From Eledone cirrhosa (Eukaryota), in contig OZ024749.1 of NCBI GenBank assembly GCA_964016885.1, forward strand, positions 12,090,001 to 12,154,000: 64,000 bases of DNA, in the 5' to 3' direction. The notes below the pieces were generated by a model. That model saw nothing but the letters and a program-made list of their open reading frames with translations, was not told the origin of the DNA and searched no databases. The stretch's first letter is position 1; the number at the start of each line of letters is the position of its first letter. The translations under genes and the position numbers were made by a program. Shown one piece after another: positions 38,269 through 51,217 of the stretch.

Positions 38269-38491
38269 ACATATATATTACAAATCTATTATGATTATAA
38301 AGGACGATTTTCATTTATAGTTCCTTAACTTCAGAACCAGTAGCCAGCCATTTCTTTTCTTTACAATTGGTCACAAAGATTCAAATCCTGTAAACCATTT
38401 ACTAGTTTCCAATTACATGATACTACTACATATTATCATGGTCATCTATATCCTATTATTGAATGACATTGTTGATGTACAATTATTGAAT

Positions 38492-38911
38492 ACTAGCTGA
38501 ATGACCTGGCATTGCCTAGGTTACTGCTGTTCTTATTCAGATTAGTAAACAATAAATATGAAAATATATTTTTTTTCTCATAATTATTTCAAAATATCTA
38601 TATTTTACTTTAAAAAAAACATATCAAAATTGTAATGATAATAGAATTTAGAAATGAAAATCTGTCAATCTTGAAGCACCTCAGAGTAAACAATATTCCT
38701 TGTGTCCAAATGAATAAATTGTTGCTGCTTCCAACTGGTGAGTAATCAACATAGAGTTGACCGTAGGAGAAACATGTAGAAGAGAGATCAAGTCCAACTA
38801 CCTTGAGGGATTGACCCCGAGATTTGTTCATTGAAATAACAAAACTTAATTTGAATGAAAACTGAAGCCTCTTAAATTCAAATGGAACAGCTATAGGTAT
38901 GAGAGGAATTT
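38492..38911 (-). mobile_element. Helitron 3' fragment (PIF1-like helicase C-terminus, hairpin and CTAG end)
   Basis: PFEFKRLQF...NKSRGQSLKVVGLDL...FSYGQLYV. The minus-strand end reads cctaggcaatgccaggtcattcagCTAG-t. Confidence 0.85.
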
Positions 38912-39544
38912 TTAGAATAAAAACATTTTTTTTTTCAATATTGTAAACAAATAAGTATCAACATCCAAAAGAAATATATAGTAAGTATTATTTTTGTATG
39001 CAGTGTAAATTAACCAAATATAAGCAAATGTATTAACTGCTAATTTAATGGTATGAGAATATACATATAAATGAACAGACACACATACACTCACACAAAC
39101 CTCACAGACATACATTCATACAAACACAGTTTCACCCCCAACATTTATGTCAGTCGTCACAGAAATGTATGTATACTAACACACATATACTTGTCAATCG
39201 TCACATATGTGTATGTATGTTTAGATGTGTGTGTGCATGTGTGTTTAATTCTATGTATATCTGATTAAATATTTATGTGAAGATGTATGTATATGTAACT
39301 TACTAAAGCCTAACATACGTAACGAACGTGCAAACACACACACAGACACACTCATATACAAAATGTGACACCGTTGAATTATAAAATATCCGTTTTCTTA
39401 TAGTCTATAGTAGGTTATTTTAGATGAAGTGTTATATTGTTTTAATCCGAATGAAAATAAAAATTACATGTTAATCCCGGGGTCTAATACTATTACTTGG
39501 TAAAATTTGATTTGATGTGGCTGAGCTGTTTGAGATTGCATAAG

Positions 39545-39567
39545 GAACAGAGAGAGAGACATAGAAT

Positions 39568-39655
<88 letters not shown>
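39545..39655 (+). repeat. (GA)n microsatellite
   Basis: Seen directly. Confidence 0.95.
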
Positions 39656-39658
<3 letters not shown>

Positions 39659-39962
39659 GACAAGTGTTTGCTTCTATAACAACAGGATTTACCAAAATGC
39701 CTTGAGTGAAATTTGGTAGACAGGAGAGAGGGGGGGGGAGAAAGTTGTTATGTTGGTTTAACTGATAAAATTACAGTAGTTTTCCATTTGATGAAATAAT
39801 CAGTAGAGCTAGGTTTCAGAATGTGTTGCCATAATTCTCCATTTTCTAGAAACTTAACTGTAAATCCAACAAATAAAAGGAAAAAATTACTATTAAATCA
39901 AGGTTGACCATGGAATAATATGTCACAAACTACACAGACTTGGCAAAGCTGGTAAAGTAGGT

Positions 39963-40314
39963 GATCTTCTGAAACTAAGTTTCAGAAAATCCCGTAAAAA
40001 GGGTGAAAGCAGCGATTCTTTGCTTAAACTTTAATCTGTACATTTAATATATATATATATATATATATATATTATTATTATTATTATTATTAAAATAACA
40101 GATTAAAGTTTAAGCAAATAATCGCTGCTTTCACCCTTAACGGGATCTTCTGAAACTCAGAAGATCCCGTTAAGGATGAAAGCAGCGAATCTTTGCTTAA
40201 ACTTTAATCAGTTATTTTAATAAATATTTGCTCTAGGGTTCTTATATATTTGATATATATTTATCCTTATTGAGCCTTCTTTGGATTTTAGTCTTCACAT
40301 TTATTATTATTACT
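39963..40314. repeat. Alternating inverted/direct copies of the 33010 repeat
   Basis: Forward about 39978-40050, reverse about 40090-40157, forward about 40158-40314. Confidence 0.85.
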
Positions 40315-40327
40315 ATATATATATATA

Positions 40328-40680
40328 CAGTAGGCATCTCTAACAAAATACACCCCCGTCCCACCCCATCCACACCGCCCCTTTCAATGTAAAGTTATGT
40401 TGGTGCCACAACATCCAGGCCGAAACAAATGAGATTGTGTAGGTGTCACGTCAAAAAAACACACAGTTCACGCTGTAATGTGGCCGTGTAGGCAACACGG
40501 TAAAAACCTCCCAGCCCCACACTGTAAATGTGGTTGGTGTTAGGAAGGGCATCCAGCTGTAGAAAACCCGCCAGATAGTCCTATGCGAGCAAGATAACCA
40601 CTCTTGCCTCAAGTGGGAAAACCCTCCGTCCAAACCCATGCAAGCATGGAACACGGACGTTAAACGATGATGATGATGAT
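40328..40680 (+). mobile_element. RTE family 1, 3' UTR-only insertion
   Basis: Matches 31400-31740. Confidence 0.9.
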
Positions 40681-42978
40681 ATATATATATAAACACACAC
40701 ACACACACATGTTATACCACTTCTAAATAAATTTGGATCTAGCAACTATAAACAAGATCTTTTCAATACCAGAAACATTACCAGATTGAGAGAGATGCCA
40801 TCTTGTAGCTGGTCTTAAAAGATCTACCAAGATTAGATGTGCAATATAATTTCAAAGATCTACCAACCATAAACATGAATTTCCAATACATGGGAGCTAA
40901 GAAAAGAGTGAAAAATATCTATCCTTATTTTCAAGCTAGTTTTTTAAATTTTTGTTTGTGTTGACTCCACTTTTTTCCTCTCTCTCTCCTCCCTCTATCT
41001 CATTTTTGTTTCTATATTGTAAGGGATCTAGATACCCCACCTAGTCTGTCATGGCTTACCAGTTCTAAACAGACATTTAAATTGACTAAACAAATAAATA
41101 TTAAATATATAAATAAAAGCCTGAATGGTAAAGAGCTATTCACCACCATGCTAAAACCACTGATGTGCAATAATGTTATTCCTTTACATTGTTCCTACAA
41201 TGGTAGACCTCACTTATTTGTACCAGCAAGCTGAGTACAACCATTGTCCACACACCTCTATTGTTCCTCTTCTTCCTTACTCTGTTTCAGCCACCAAAAC
41301 AGAATTTTAGTTGTGTATTCCTTGGATATAATTATTTAACCTTTTTGATATCAAACCACTTAAAACTGCCCTAGGTTCTACCATACAAAACTGTTTTAAA
41401 ACATTTTGATTAATCTACAAACCTCCCATCATAATTTTAACCTGTCTTAAGTTATGTTCCAACACCAACTAAACCCCTCCAAATTAAAAAAAGTTTTCTA
41501 AATTTTTTAGAAATTCAAAGTAGAAATATAGTATTAAAAGGGCTAAATATGGTATTAAAAAAGAATGAATTGCACAACAGCAGAAAGTTTTCTTTAACAT
41601 GCATTAAATGTTAAAGTATAGAAGTGAAAATATGTTGGTATACCACCTAAATGAGTCATATGGCAATGTTAGCTTCTGCTTGTGATAACATCTCCCATAC
41701 TAAGTTAAAGTAAGAAATTTAATGTTTTTATATAGTGTTCATATGAAATAAAGAAAATATTGCCATTTGGAGTTGAAAGCAGACTGTATATTATTTTTAA
41801 GGGATGGGACATTAGCTAATTATTTAGCAAGCTGTCTACTAAAATATTTTAATTAGGAATGACTCCTAGGTGAAAGCATGTCTGTTAACCATTTTGTTAG
41901 CATAATTCTAAGACACTGGATATAGTTTTCAAATCCTTTTGAAAATAATCAAGAATTTTGAGAGATTTAAGTATATAATAATATTAAACTGTTGTTTGGG
42001 ATCATAATTTTACATCTTTATATCAATTATGATGGAAGTATTTTTTTTAGATAAATACAAAAAAATTAATTTACAGCTCACACCTATGTAGATTTCTGGG
42101 GTCTTTTAATGATAGGTACCAATCATAACATGCTGCCAGGGACCAGGAATTGAAACTACAACCTTATGATCATTGGTTCAACACTTTTCTTACCATATTT
42201 CTAATGGAATACAATGAGAATGGGTTGCAATTAATTTTGAAATTAATAAAAAAAATGTTTTTTTATGTATTTAGTAAAATAATGTGTTCATTAGTAGAGG
42301 AATACGACTCGTACAGGCTCGTCCCTTATCTCCCTTTGTTGTGGAACTCTTCTTTGTTAGAAGTCAAAGCTCTTTCATCATTTCACAAATGGCTTTCTCG
42401 TGGACACAGACATGCTGAGAGCTTCTTTTGTCATTGCTTCAGAAATCTTGAGAAAAGCAAAGAGTGTTGACTCATTTAGGAAGGTGGGGTTGAAACTCAT
42501 TTAGTAAGGTGGGGTTGAAACTCATTTAGTAAGGTGGGGTTGAAACTCATTTAGTAAGGTGGGGTTTGAAACATTACTTTCAGATTTCTTACATAAAATT
42601 ATAATGGAAAGTTTTAAGCTATGAACACTTTAAAATGGACAGTTTTATAAACGTAGAACCAGGGTCAGTTTCAGGTGGGTTGGTATCAGTAGCTAAGAGA
42701 TATGTTTTTGGCATAGAGAGAACACCATTTTACTGCAGCTGTTAGTCTTGGGAAGGTGTGAATCAAGCACAACAAGCTGGTGGGACATTTACTTCTCATT
42801 GATTGTAGCCAGGAGATGTGACTCATAAATGTATCTGTTTTACATCTTTGAAGACTGGGACAGTTAAGTATTTGTATTCATGGATGGATCATACAGCTGG
42901 TTATATTTCATGTAATTACATACACATACCTACACATGCGCACATTATAAATATATGTGAAGGCCATTATATATGTGC

Positions 42979-43420
42979 AGGCACATGGCTTAGTGGTTAG
43001 AGCATTGGGCTTGCAATCGAAAGGTTGTGAGTTCAATTCTCAGACCGGGTGATGTGTTGTTTCCTTGAGCAAGGCACTTTATTTCACATTGCTTCAGTTT
43101 ACTCAGCTGTAAAAATGAGATGATAGGGACCGCGGTCCCTATCATTCCACTGCAAAGTGGTCGTGGAGGTGCCACGGAAAAAAACACCCAACCCACACTG
43201 TAAAGTGGACGTGTAGGCACCATGGAAAAAAAGCACCCAGCACTCACTGTAAATGCGGTTGGTGTTAGGAAGGGCATCCAGCTGTAGAAATCAAGCCAGA
43301 ATCAGTTCCCATATGAGCAAGACAAGGTCAGCCGACCGGACACTGCCCACAACAGGTCAACTTTGTCTAACCCATGCTAGCGTGGAAGAACGGACATAAA
43401 ACGGTGGTGATGATGATGAT
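42979..43420 (+). mobile_element. Full-length family B SINE with the alternative (RTE family 1-like) tail
   Basis: Same head and body as 19308-19689, but ends gtctaacccatgctagcgtggaagaacggacataaaa...(GAT)n. Confidence 0.9.
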
Positions 43421-43464
43421 ATATATATATTAACAAAATGCGAAGTAGTTTCAGATGTTAAAAC

Positions 43465-43950
43465 CCTTTATTGATAAGACCATGATACATATTTCAATGA
43501 CAACAGTGGCCACGCGATTCCGCGTACTCAATGCTATGATCTCATTAGACAGCTTCTTACATAAAAAGGTTACGCTCTTGAGGCAATCTCAATTGGAACG
43601 ACAAGGGAACAGATGAAGGTGATGTTCTTGAACCCTTCGCCCGTTCCCTTGTGAGCCACAATTTACCTCCACATCTTTGCGCAGTAAATTGACCAGCTAA
43701 CAACTTACCCCAAAACCCAACAAAACTAGCCTAGGCAAGTCCCCCCCCCCACCTATTCCCCCAGCCAGATCAGTAAGGTGACACAAGTTGTAGCTTACCG
43801 CCAACTGCATATCTGGTGGCAGCCAACCAAAACTTTGTGGTAGTAGCAGAGTATAAGTTTTGATAGGTTTAAATACTACCCCTAGATTATGCTTGGACAA
43901 TAGAATTGACCATCACCCACGAAGAGAATATAAAGTTAATTCTAGGTTCA
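43465..43950 (-). mobile_element. Penelope-like element remnant with a decayed hammerhead-like motif
   Basis: LYILFVGD...LSKHNLGVVFKPIKT resembles the Penelope post-RT linker. Downstream: CTAATGA-stem-GAAATATGTA, then AATAAA. Confidence 0.55.
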
Positions 43951-44669
43951 AGATATGGTTTCACAATGGAAATTAAAATTGGTAATAAGATTGAAAATTA
44001 GAAATTAAGAGTTAAAATCTTGATTGAAGTAAATAAAAAAAATATAAATAGCAAGATGTGTAAATTATAGTTAGAAATTATGAAAAGGGGATCAATATTG
44101 GATATTACAGATGTATTATCTATGTATTGAACGATAGTACTGTACAGAAGAACGGAAGACAAAATTAAAGTATAAAACTTAATAATTAGACAAACAATTA
44201 GTTAATAGCTTCTATCACATGAATCAAAAACAAAAAATACATAGATGCAAATGAGAGAGGAAAAATATATATGAGAAGGGAAAAAAACAAGGTATATGCA
44301 TATATACACATGTATATCGAGATGGAAATGAGGGTAGAAGTGGTAAAAATAGTGATTTCAATTACATTCACAATGGAGTGTGAATATTAGTCAATTTTGT
44401 CCATGTAATGTGAATATAAAATTCCTTGTCTGTCCATTATTGGATGAAGTGAGAGGCGGCTTCAGTTCTAGGCCTTTGGGTGAAATGCAGGTTGCTGCAG
44501 GAAAATAAGGGGTTTTACGTTGCTTATTGGACCACCTATTTATCCAGTCGAAAGTATGTTCATAATTTTAAGTCCGTCCAGTGGTAGGAATATCTAATAT
44601 GTGTAATGAGTCCCACGGTAGAGGGAATTTCTGGGTACAAAGGTAGAGGGAATTTCTAGGTACAAAGGG

Positions 44670-44935
44670 TGCAAAGTGGTCGTGGAGGTGCCACGGCAAA
44701 AAAAGCACCCACCACTCACTGCAAAGTGGTCGTGGAGGTGCCCACGGCAAAAAAGCACCCAGCACTCACTGTAAATGAGGTTGGTGTTAGGAAGGGCATC
44801 CAGCTGTAGAAATCAAGCCAAAATTACTTCCTGTATGAGCAAGGCATGGTCAGCCGACCAGACACTGCCCACAACAGGACAACCCGTCTAACCCATGCTA
44901 GCATGGAAGAACGGATGTAAAACGGTGATGATGAT
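44670..44935 (+). mobile_element. 5'-truncated family B SINE (alternative tail)
   Basis: Matches 43150-43420. Confidence 0.85.
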
Positions 44936-44989
44936 TACCTTTGATTCTTATAATATCAAGCTTTTCTCTCAGCTCATTCATATTCTATC

Positions 44990-45200
44990 ATTTATGAGCC
45001 CTAACATTGCACATCCATCAAAGCATGCTCACTTCATTACTCTGCAGCTGCCACAAATTTTATGCATTCAAAACCCACATCTCACCACCATGTGGCATCA
45101 GACAATCTGCACTCCATTCTAAGAAAGAAACTCCTTGTCAGCAGAGGAAATAGTTCCCGGAACCTTTCCCAGCCCATTCTTACTCTAACTCCAAAACTTT
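44990..45200 (-). mobile_element. Decayed RTE fragment
   Basis: RVRMGWERFRELFPLLTR and HGGEMW remnants. Confidence 0.6.
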
Positions 45201-45357
45201 CATTCCATCAATCCACACACCTGTATGTGGTAGTGTTGGCGCCATGATAAAAATCAACCCAGTATATTCTGTAAAGGAGTTGGCAAGATGAAGGACATCT
45301 AGCTATATAAACCATGTCAAAATATGAAACATGAGCAACATGGATAACATATATATA

Positions 45358-45570
45358 TTTACAGTGAGTGCTGGGTGCTTTTTTGCCGTGGCACCTCCAC
45401 GACCACTTTGTAGTGGAATGATAGGGACCCCAGTTCAATCATCTCATTTCTACAGCTGAGTAAACTGGAGCAATGTGAAATAAAGTGTCTTGCTCAAGGA
45501 AACAACACATCACCCGGTCTGAAAATTGAACTCACAACCTTTCGATTGCAAGGCCAATGCTCTAACCACT
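45358..45570 (-). mobile_element. Family B SINE (head and body)
   Basis: Reverse complement of 42990-43250. Confidence 0.85.
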
Positions 45571-45747
45571 ATATATATATATATATATATATAATCCTGT
45601 TTTCCTTACTTGCACAACTAACTGAAAAGGAAGAAGAATGTTATTAAGATCAGAAATCCAATTTAAAGTCAAATTCTTGGAATTTTACATTTTTTCCTAT
45701 ATAAATATAAAAAAAATCTCAAGCAGTTCTTTTCATATTTTTTCTAT

Positions 45748-45907
45748 CTGTGTAGACTGAGCTATATTTCCTAATGTAAGAGTTACTCTGTGTAGACTGA
45801 GCTATATTTCCTAATGTAAGAGTTACTCTGTGTAGACTGAGCTATATTTCCTAATGTAAGAGTTACTCTGTGTAGACTGAGCTATATTTCCTAATGTAAG
45901 AGTTACT
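45748..45907 (+). repeat. 40-bp tandem repeat, 4 units
   Basis: ctgtgtagactgagctatatttcctaatgtaagagttact. Confidence 0.95.
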
Positions 45908-45965
45908 ATTATTATTTTAATTCTAATATTATTCAACAGACAAACAATTCAGAATATTTTTATGA

Positions 45966-46192
45966 ATAGTAGTAGTAGTGGTGGTAGTAGCAGCAGTAGT
46001 GGTGGCAGTAGTAGTAGTGGTGGTGGCAGTAGTAGTAGTAGTGGTTGTGGCAGTAGTAGTAGTAATGGTGGCAGTAGTAGTAGTAGTAGTGGTGGTGGTG
46101 GCAGTAGTAGTAGTAGCGGTGGTGGTGGCAGTAGTAGTAGTAGCGGTGGTGGTGGCAGTAGTAGTAGTAGCGGTGGTGGTAGTTGTGGTGGA
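45966..46192 (+). repeat. (AGT)n/(GGT)n compound trinucleotide repeat
   Basis: Seen directly. Confidence 0.95.
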
Positions 46193-46338
46193 AGAAGAAA
46201 TGTCATTAGAATGTACTTGTTGTACCAATATGTTTGCTTCAGAACTCAATATTGAGATGGAAAAAACATTATTGAAAGATGTTTACCATTCTTCCTTTCT
46301 GTTGTTAGAGATAACTGACTAGCTTTCTTCAAATAATT

Positions 46339-46521
46339 GTTTCTACTTTAGGCACAAGGCCAGCAATTATCCAGTGCATTACTGGTACTTTATTTTATCG
46401 ACCCCGTAAGGATGAAAGGCAAAGTCAACCTCGGCGGGATTTGAACTCAGATCGTAAAGGGACGTAACTATGCTGGAAAGCATGGCGTCCGACCCTCTAC
46501 CGATACTGCCAATCCACCGCC
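46339..46521 (-). mobile_element. Full-length family A SINE with 20-bp target-site duplication
   Basis: ctagctttcttcaaataatt at 46319-46338 and 46522-46541. Confidence 0.93.
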
Positions 46522-46689
46522 CTAGCTTTCTTCAAATAATTCACATTAACCCTTTTGACATCAACCTGCCACAATCTGCTCCAAGCAATCAATTGTTTGT
46601 GTTAAAATTTTCATATTTAACTAAAAACCTTTCATAACTTTTGCTATATTTCTAAACACAAGAAACTTAGTTCCAGGCATCATTCTACA

Positions 46690-46895
46690 TCCTATTCAGC
46701 ACAGCATCTCTCCACATGTCACAGTCCTTCGTCATCTCCACCGTGAGCTTCAGCAATCTGAGGTCTGTTCTCACCACCTCTACATATGTTTTTCGTGGTC
46801 TACCTCTACCACGTCTTCCTTCAACTGGCATTTCCTGGCAATTCTTCATCCTCCATGCGCATCACATGTCGATACCACTGCAGTCTCCTCTCTTA
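46690..46895 (-). mobile_element. RTE family 2 3' fragment
   Basis: Similar to 48725-48920 (GRRGRGRPRKT, VVRTDL). Confidence 0.75.
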
Positions 46896-48669
46896 TTTTA
46901 TTCAATTTTATTTATTTTATTAAATTCCTCCAAATTCTTGATTGTTTTCAAAATTAGTCAAAAACAGTGTCTTTCATTAGAACTATGTTAACAAAAATGT
47001 TAAAAGACCACTTATATTGTTATTCTCAGAAATTCTAGAAACCCCAAAGAAATCAATTTCTACAGACGTTAGCTACACTAATATATTCTAAGCCAGTGAT
47101 TCCCACTATGGGTGTAACCACCATCTCTTTGTGGACATAGCCCATGGCCAAGTATCTTCCACTATCATACAGTGATGCTATTCTGTAGTATATATATACT
47201 CAACAAAGACCTTTTCATGACCTTATTTGTGATGTGGTCACATTAAAACATTAAGTATGATCCTAAGTCCATGGCTATAGTCTTTTTAAGCAATATAGAA
47301 TATAACAACCATATTTAACCCTTTAGCATTTAAACAAGCCACATCTGGCCAGAATTCTCTGACATCTACCTGTTCAAACCGGTTGTAAAGTGTTTACCGT
47401 GAAAATACAATAAAAGAGTAATGTAAATGCTAAAGGGTTAAAGTGAATGTTACTATAGTTAAAACTTCATATTCTCCAACAATTTAAAACTTCTACTATA
47501 GGCTCGGGTTGGTCAATACTATGTGAGCCAAATTTGGTAGACAGAAACTGTGCAGAAACCCATTAAATGGAACACAACTTAACAGAATCATGATGGAAGA
47601 TTTTTTTTTTTTTATAAATAAATATATTTCAAAAAATTTGTAATGTAGAACCAAGGGCAGAAGATTTATTATCAAATTGGTTGAGATGGCAGGAAATATA
47701 TGAAAACAATTTGGTTATTTTTAGCAATCAAGTGACTATGTAGGTTTTCCCATAGGTGTTCATGACAAAAAAAATGAAGCATCATCTAAGATGTTAAAGA
47801 TATTTAAATGACCTTGCATTGTTAAGAAGAATTTATTTTGAAGATCTAGTCACATATTTTGATTTTCCCCCATTGTACTGTCAATCCACACCAGTAATCA
47901 AATATATTTCTATTTTTATCTACAGTAATAACTACAAAGGTCTTTGTTTTAACATGGGAGTGGAGAAAAATTAAAAACAAAACATTTTTGAGGGTTTATG
48001 TTTATATATATAATACATTACTAATCCTATTACTAGTTGACCTAACAATAAGCTATCTGGTGACTAAGAAATATTTCAAATACTAATAAAATTAATGAAG
48101 CATATCTAAAGATTGGAAGTAAATCATTTTAAAAATGTTTCTTGTTAAAATTTATTCTCAAAATAAATCATCATCATCATCGTTTAACATCCATTTTCCA
48201 TGCTAGCATGAGTTATATATTTTTCTTTTATGCAGATAGCGTCTCCAGTTTTCATCAAACCACATCATCTAAATTTAGGTGGCTTTTGATGCTGCCAGCA
48301 GTTTTAATACTTATCTCCCAAAAAATATGTTTAGCTTAAATGTTTAGTTTGAGTGTGGGCAAATGGAAAAGAAACAATTATGCACATTTTATCAACAATT
48401 TTCCTTTTAGTTGCAAATATTTCACTTGAGTATTTGTTGTGAACAATGCATACAAAGAAAGGATCTTATCTAAATAAGAGATTCTTCTGGAAGTTTTATT
48501 GCATCAACCATTTCACATCACACTGTATATATATATATATATATGATTGCATAAGCATCTGACAAAGCCACATGAATAACCATGTAACAGAAATATATAT
48601 AATGCAATAAACAATTAAGATGACTTAATCCTGTCTTAACTACCACTATTTGATATATATATATATATA

Positions 48670-49816
48670 TCATCATCATCATATTACGTTCGCTTTTCCC
48701 TGCTTGCAAGGGTTGGACGGGTCCTATTTAGCACAGCATCTCTCCACTTGTCATCTCCTCGGTGAGTTTCAGCGATATGAGGTCTGTTCTCACCACCTCT
48801 GCCCATGTTTTTCATGGTCTACCTCTACTGCGTCTTCCTTCTACTGGGATTTCTTCACACTTCTTTACCCAGCGGTCATCCTCCATCCACATCACATGCC
48901 CATACCATCTCAGCCTTCTCTCCTGCAAACCACAACTTATCCCTCTTATACCCAGCTTCTTTTTCAACTCGTCTATGCTTGGTCGTTCAATCACATTGAC
49001 ATTGCACATCCAACGGAGCATACTTGCCTCATTTCTCTCCAGCCGTCGCATATCTTCTGCAGTTGCTGCCCATGTCTCACTACCATCCAGCATCGCACAT
49101 CTCACACAGGCATCATATAATCGTCCTTTTGTATGCAGGGAGAAACACTTCTTTGTCAACAGAGGAAGCAGCTCCCTAAACTTCTTTCAACCCGTCATTC
49201 TATTAACTATGGCCTCAGAACACCCCCCTCCCATGCTAATTTGATCACCTAGGTATCGGAAGCTATCAACCACTTCTATAGAACCCACCTGCATTGGAAA
49301 AATGAGTATCACTGCGATTACTACTGCCAACTTTCCCTGTACATCTACTGCATACGTATTTTTCCCTACCTGTTAGTTTGCCTGCTATCCCACCATCTCT
49401 TGTGTACCCAAGATATGCATTGCGTACATTTTATGGAATTTATGCCAGTTCCTTTCCTACATATCGAACATGGCCATTTCCCTGATGGAATCAGAGTATT
49501 GTCCTCTCTTCTACTTATCAACACTTGTTTTAGCTATGTTCACTCTCAGGCCTCTTGATTCCAACTGCTGTTTCCATAGCCAGAATTTATTCTCTAGCTC
49601 CTCTACTGATTCTGCTGTAAGAACCAGATCATCAGCATAGAGAAGTTCCCATGGGCATCCAGTCTTAAACTCCTCTGTTATGGCTGGGAGGACTATAATG
49701 AACAAGAGCAGGCTGAGGACCGAACCTTGATGTACACCTACTTGTATCTGGAATTTGTCACCAAACTCCATTCCTATTCTCACTTTACTGACAGCACCCC
49801 TGTACATAGCTTGCAT
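48670..49816 (-). mobile_element. RTE LINE family 2, 5'-truncated and decayed, with a short 3' tail
   Basis: HQGSVLS, LLYADDL, GKWPCSICRKG, LDGSETW and LRWYGHV motifs. The tail is shared with family B SINEs. Confidence 0.93.
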
Positions 49817-51217
49817 TGTGAGGTAATTAATAAATAATGAATTAAGGATTAAAATTTCTAAATATTGATTGTTAATTTATAATATTTGAATTTGACCTGA
49901 AGGTAAAATAAGGAGAATTTCTACCCAGGAGTAATAACAAAGACAACTTCTACCCAGGAATATAAACATAAGGACAATTTCTACCCAGGAATATTAGTAT
50001 AAAGAGAATTTCTACCCAGGAATATTAACATAAAGCCAATTCTACCCAAGAATATTAACAAAGACAATTTCTACCTAGGAATTTTTTCAATTTGATTTTA
50101 TTGGATATGAAATTGGATAAAATTAATTCTAATGATATTTCAAGAAGGTTGTTATCATTAAAACAGGTAAGAGTATAAGATGTCCTAGATCGGGAGGAAA
50201 AGTTGGTCTCAAATTTTGATGGAATATTACTTTTCTACTATACATCATTATTATCATTTCCCATGCCAGCATAAGTTGAACTAGTCATCACACTCTGAAA
50301 TTAGAAGGACCAAAATACGAGGTTTTACTCATACACTATTTTTGACATGGTTTCTACAGCTGGATGCTTTTCCTAATATCAACCACATGGAGTCTACTGG
50401 GTGTATTTTATCATGACACCAGTACTACCACTTTACAGAGTGTATTAGATGTATTTTATAATGACACCAACACTACCACTTTACAGAGTGTACTGGGTGT
50501 AATTTATCATGCATTAACACTAGCATTTTTCTCATAAATTTACATTGTCTCATGGTAGTGTTTAAGAAACTAAATTTTTGGTTGTGGGTTCCCGTTTTGA
50601 TATAAGCATCAGTCATATACAAATGCCAGGTACATTATACTGTAGGATAGATGGATGGAAAGAGATTATATATTATATAAGCAATAAATATCATCAATAT
50701 AAATATGCAGTCACTCATACTTGTATATTTCAGTAGGTCGGGTGGAATTCATATCAAATATGTGCAATCTATTTATCTGTTAATATCAAATTACACATAA
50801 GCTGGTTTGGCAAGTTGGTATAAATTGAAGAGTACCAGCTTAAATACCTTACAACTGTTGGTCTCATCCCTTTACCTTTTCATTTCATATCTCACTTTAG
50901 TTCATCCTTTTTGAGTTGATTAAACCAGAGTCTACTGCTGCTTCCTTTCATAAACTGGTCTTGTGCCAAAGCAGGCAATATTAAACTATTTCATTTAATA
51001 GTTCTATATTAAACACACATAACTTAATAACTTGAGATAAAAAGAAATGAAATAATTTAAGAAGTTTTATAATTAAACAAATACCCGAAGGTCAGTTTAT
51101 GGCAGATACGAAAACAATTATAAGTTTATAAAAGATGTAGCATATTTATTCATGTGAGATGCACGATGCTGCGTGGTAGTGAGACATGGGCAGCAACTGC
51201 AGACATCTATCAACTAC

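Noticed and set aside
42979-43050. tRNA-like A/B boxes
   Set aside because: These are SINE heads continuing into CORE-like bodies, not complete cloverleaf tRNA genes.
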